Assembly: GCA_010672185.1 (NCBI GenBank)
Contig: JAAHHL010000032.1
Coordinates: 5,937 to 69,936, forward strand
Direction of reading: 5' to 3'
Length of the DNA: 64,000 nucleotides
From: Caldora sp. SIO3E6
Lineage (GTDB): Bacteria; Cyanobacteriota; Cyanobacteriia; Cyanobacteriales; Coleofasciculaceae
Shown: piece after piece, positions 62,301-64,000 of the stretch
Numbering within the stretch: the first letter of the stretch is position 1
Layout of the letters: every line of letters begins with the position of its first letter
Program-made: the position numbers and the translations under genes
The notes under the pieces: model-generated
What the model was told of the DNA's origin: nothing
What the model saw: only the letters and a program-made list of their open reading frames with translations
The model's database searches: none

Positions 62301-62515
62301 AGGGAATAACTGCTACCATTGCTCTTAACCAAGCTCAGCGCTGGTTACTGGGGGTAACCAAAAAAGAACTTTTAGTCTGGGTTGAAGCCAATCAACAATT
62401 TTTAGCTCCCGCTTTGAGAATGAATTTGCGTCATCGATTGCATAAACTGGAAGATAGTGTCAAGCCGTTTCAAAGTCCTCGGCACTGGGCAGCTTTTTGT
62501 GGGATCGGGCAATGA
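59387..62515 (+). CDS. TPR-CHAT protein, array gene G (class 2)
   Basis: TAATG overlap with F. N-domain (AYLELIEALINCSSGEE), about ten 40-aa TPRs, and CHAT (HLATHG; LSACSTGQG). Confidence 0.85.
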   Translation: MKEKRQAYLELIEALINCSSGEEESILQANSSLIDSGLVQVILQLSTKLAEQGDQQVADWLENIASYLASTIGESSAQNPPEAEAEKLFQQGIQDFQAGQFQDASHCWQQALTLYRQLGNRQGEAQCLGNLGNIFYQLQDYEQAIKYHKQDLSVAREIGDGEGEAYSLNNLGRTCESQWKYQQAIEYYEQSLLTAQKIGDRQVEATALNNLGNTYNFQGKYQEAIKSYKRFLVIAREIDNRRWETIALNNLGNAHDSLGHYQQAIKMYEESLAIARKISDREGEANSLNNLGSVYFSQGQYQQAINKHEESLAIKREIGDSRGETKCLGNLGLTYHCLGQYQQAIDYHEQSLTTAQEIGDRLGEATVFGNLGLTYRSLGQYQQSIKNYKRQLLITREIGDRLGEATVLGNLGLTHYFREKYQEAINKYQESLAIAQKIGYRAGEAACLGNLGNAYYSRGQCQQAIEYHQQSLMISQEIGDRRGEASTLGHLGMVYYAQKQYQQAIDYHKQQLNIARDIGYQLGEGASLNNLGLAFLESGRLAEAEENLRQGIKVWESIRTSLGSNDTNKVSIFDTQTAAYQLLQKVLVTQNKPLAALEIAERGRARAFVELLEEQLAKKKLPNPEQLTVLSISKIREIAQAQKTTLVEYSVIFAEELYIWVICPDGEIYFRSVELESLEKQPSSSSLLSELVLQARKSLGIAEKLQDIVTGSSIEARPNFNSISSPLKQLYQYLIAPISDLLPSNSTATVVFIPQKVLFLLPFSALQDSKGKFLIEQHTIITVPSIQVLALTSKPRSKVVKEKFLATLIVGNPKMPTIPLSQPPQTLASLPGAEVEAKAIASLLQTKALLGERATKSKVVEQLPKAKLIHLATHGLLGDIKQLGVPGAIALAPSENDGFLTSGEILELELCAELVVLSACSTGQGRITGDGIIGLSRSFIAAGVDSLIVSLWSVNDQSTAFLMVKFYQILQQGITATIALNQAQRWLLGVTKKELLVWVEANQQFLAPALRMNLRHRLHKLEDSVKPFQSPRHWAAFCGIGQ

Positions 62516-62569
62516 CTAGTTCAGTATATCCCGAACCATAACAAAGAGATAGTGGTAAGGAATTATCAG

Positions 62570-64000
62570 CATCTATTCCAGAGGATTGACACATTGATTA
62601 GTTGTCCCAATGGAGAGTAATGAAAGAACAAATAAATTAACAATATTTTAATCTTATCCAAGCAATGTATCTCAATTTTTTACTTGAAATCTTGCAAGCA
62701 ACCAATGATAGTAATGGAGAGCCAACGGTAATTTATTCAATATTACAAGCAAACTTAAACAAGCTGGATGATAACTTTGCTGCTGTATTGCGCTCTTGGG
62801 CTACTACTAACTTACCTCCTCGGTCTGGTTTACCGAGATGCTCAACAGTTTGAAAATGCCTACACTACCTTTACTAATACAATAAATATTGTAGACTCAC
62901 TGCGTAGCAAAATTGTCTCTGGTGATGCAGCGAGGCAGAAGCTCGCAGATGAATACAATAGAGTCTATCAAAACCTAATCGAAATATGTCTGGAACTCAA
63001 TCAATACACTGAAGCCATTGAATATATCGAACGCAGTAAAGCACGGAGTCTTGTCGAACTTTTAGCCACAAAAAAAAATTACCCAAAACGCGATTACTAC
63101 TCTACTCAAAATGATTATCAAAAGGCTTGCACCCAACTCGATCAACTGCGAACAAAAATTACTACTAAAGAGCGGGAATTAGAAATTTTAACTAGAAATA
63201 AAGAATCAGAAGAGAGAAATTATGACTATGTGGTACAACTCCAGCAAGGATTATCTGAGCTCCAACAGCAATTGAATCAGATATTTGGGGAAATTCATAA
63301 AATAGACCCTAGCTTTAAATTAAACCAACAAATTGACCCTATTTCCTTCAGCCAGATTCAAACTCTTATAGATTCGCGTACTTGTCTTGTGATCTTGCAT
63401 ATTACCGATCAGCAAATTATAGCCTTTATCATTACCCGCAATAATCGAGCTCCCATTGTCCGGAAATATTCTGGTAAAGACCGAGATAGAACTATGAATC
63501 GGGCATTCGCATATTTGCGACTTTACTACCGAAAACGCAGTAATTGGTGGAGAAATCAGCTAGTATCTCGCTTAAAAGACCTAGCAAAAATTCTCCATAT
63601 TGAAGAAATTTTATCCCACCTCCCGACAGATTGCGATCGTTTGATTCTTATCCCTCACAGGGTATTACATTTACTGCCGCTTCACGCCCTCCCTATTTAC
63701 TCTGATGAAACTGGCAGTTTTTGCTTGTTAGATAAATTTCCCAGAGGGGTGCAATATGTCCCTAGCTGTCAGATCTTGCAACTTACTCAAAACCAACAAC
63801 GTCCTGACCTTCACAAACTATTCGCCATCCAAAATCCTACCAAGGATCTAAGTTATGCCAACCTAGAAGTTGAAAAGATCTGCTCATCTTTTTCCTCCAC
63901 TCAAGTGTTAGTCCAAGAAGCGGCAACTAAAGCTGCCCTCAATACAGCTCGAAACTTGAAGGAGGCTCACTGTATTCATTTTTCCTGTCATGGCTTATTT
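62570..64000 (+). pseudogene. Decayed eighth CHAT gene (H); runs off the window
   Basis: Three pieces:
- 62570-62620: N-domain relic (HLFQRIDTLISCPNGE*).
- 62665-62853: helical-module ORF.
- From ~62819: the linker/CHAT part (LGLVYRDAQQFENAY ... IPHRVLHLLPLHALP ... HFSCHGLF) continues in another frame, with the whole TPR array missing. An in-frame ATG exists at 62768. Confidence 0.7.

Overview
The window looks cyanobacterial, probably from a filamentous Nostocales-type genome. Two signals support this: HIP1 octamers (GCGATCGC, e.g. 3103-3110, 3646-3653, 4292-4299, 45058-45065) and many STRR-like tandem heptamers in intergenic gaps.

It has three parts.

(1) ~1-31.3 kb is a tailed-phage-derived element.
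- Minus strand, in transcription order: replication initiator with internal iterons, DnaB, HNH, a ~1460-aa five-domain DNA-modification fusion (C5-MTase / ASCH / ParB-like / TGT-DpdA-like / Dam-like), a GNAT plus TGT-like protein, TerS, TerL, portal, scaffold, decoration protein, major capsid protein, Mu-F-like protein and an embedded ParE/Phd toxin-antitoxin pair.
- A switch-like regulatory region with perfect palindromes lies at 18.3-19.2 kb.
- Plus strand: small HTH proteins, a tail-fibre-like gene, a second HNH, an RHH gene with triplicated operator-like repeats, and an orphan block of coiled-coil, membrane and PD-(D/E)XK-like proteins.
- parA-parB closes the element. There is no adjacent integrase, so a phage-plasmid lifestyle is possible.

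(2) 31.3-36.8 kb holds a conserved hypothetical gene, a frame-disrupted recD2-like helicase, ruvC and a tyrosine recombinase.

(3) 36.9-64 kb is a same-strand, translationally coupled array of seven intact TPR-CHAT (caspase-like) protease genes plus one decayed copy.
- The first gene carries duplicated Clp_N domains.
- Two CHAT subfamilies are interleaved.
- The array also shows near-identical 138-bp intragenic repeats, relic gene fragments and gene-conversion-like 3' ends.

The two most novel candidates are the CHAT array and the multi-domain DNA-modification protein. All functional calls come from motif recognition by eye; no database search was run.
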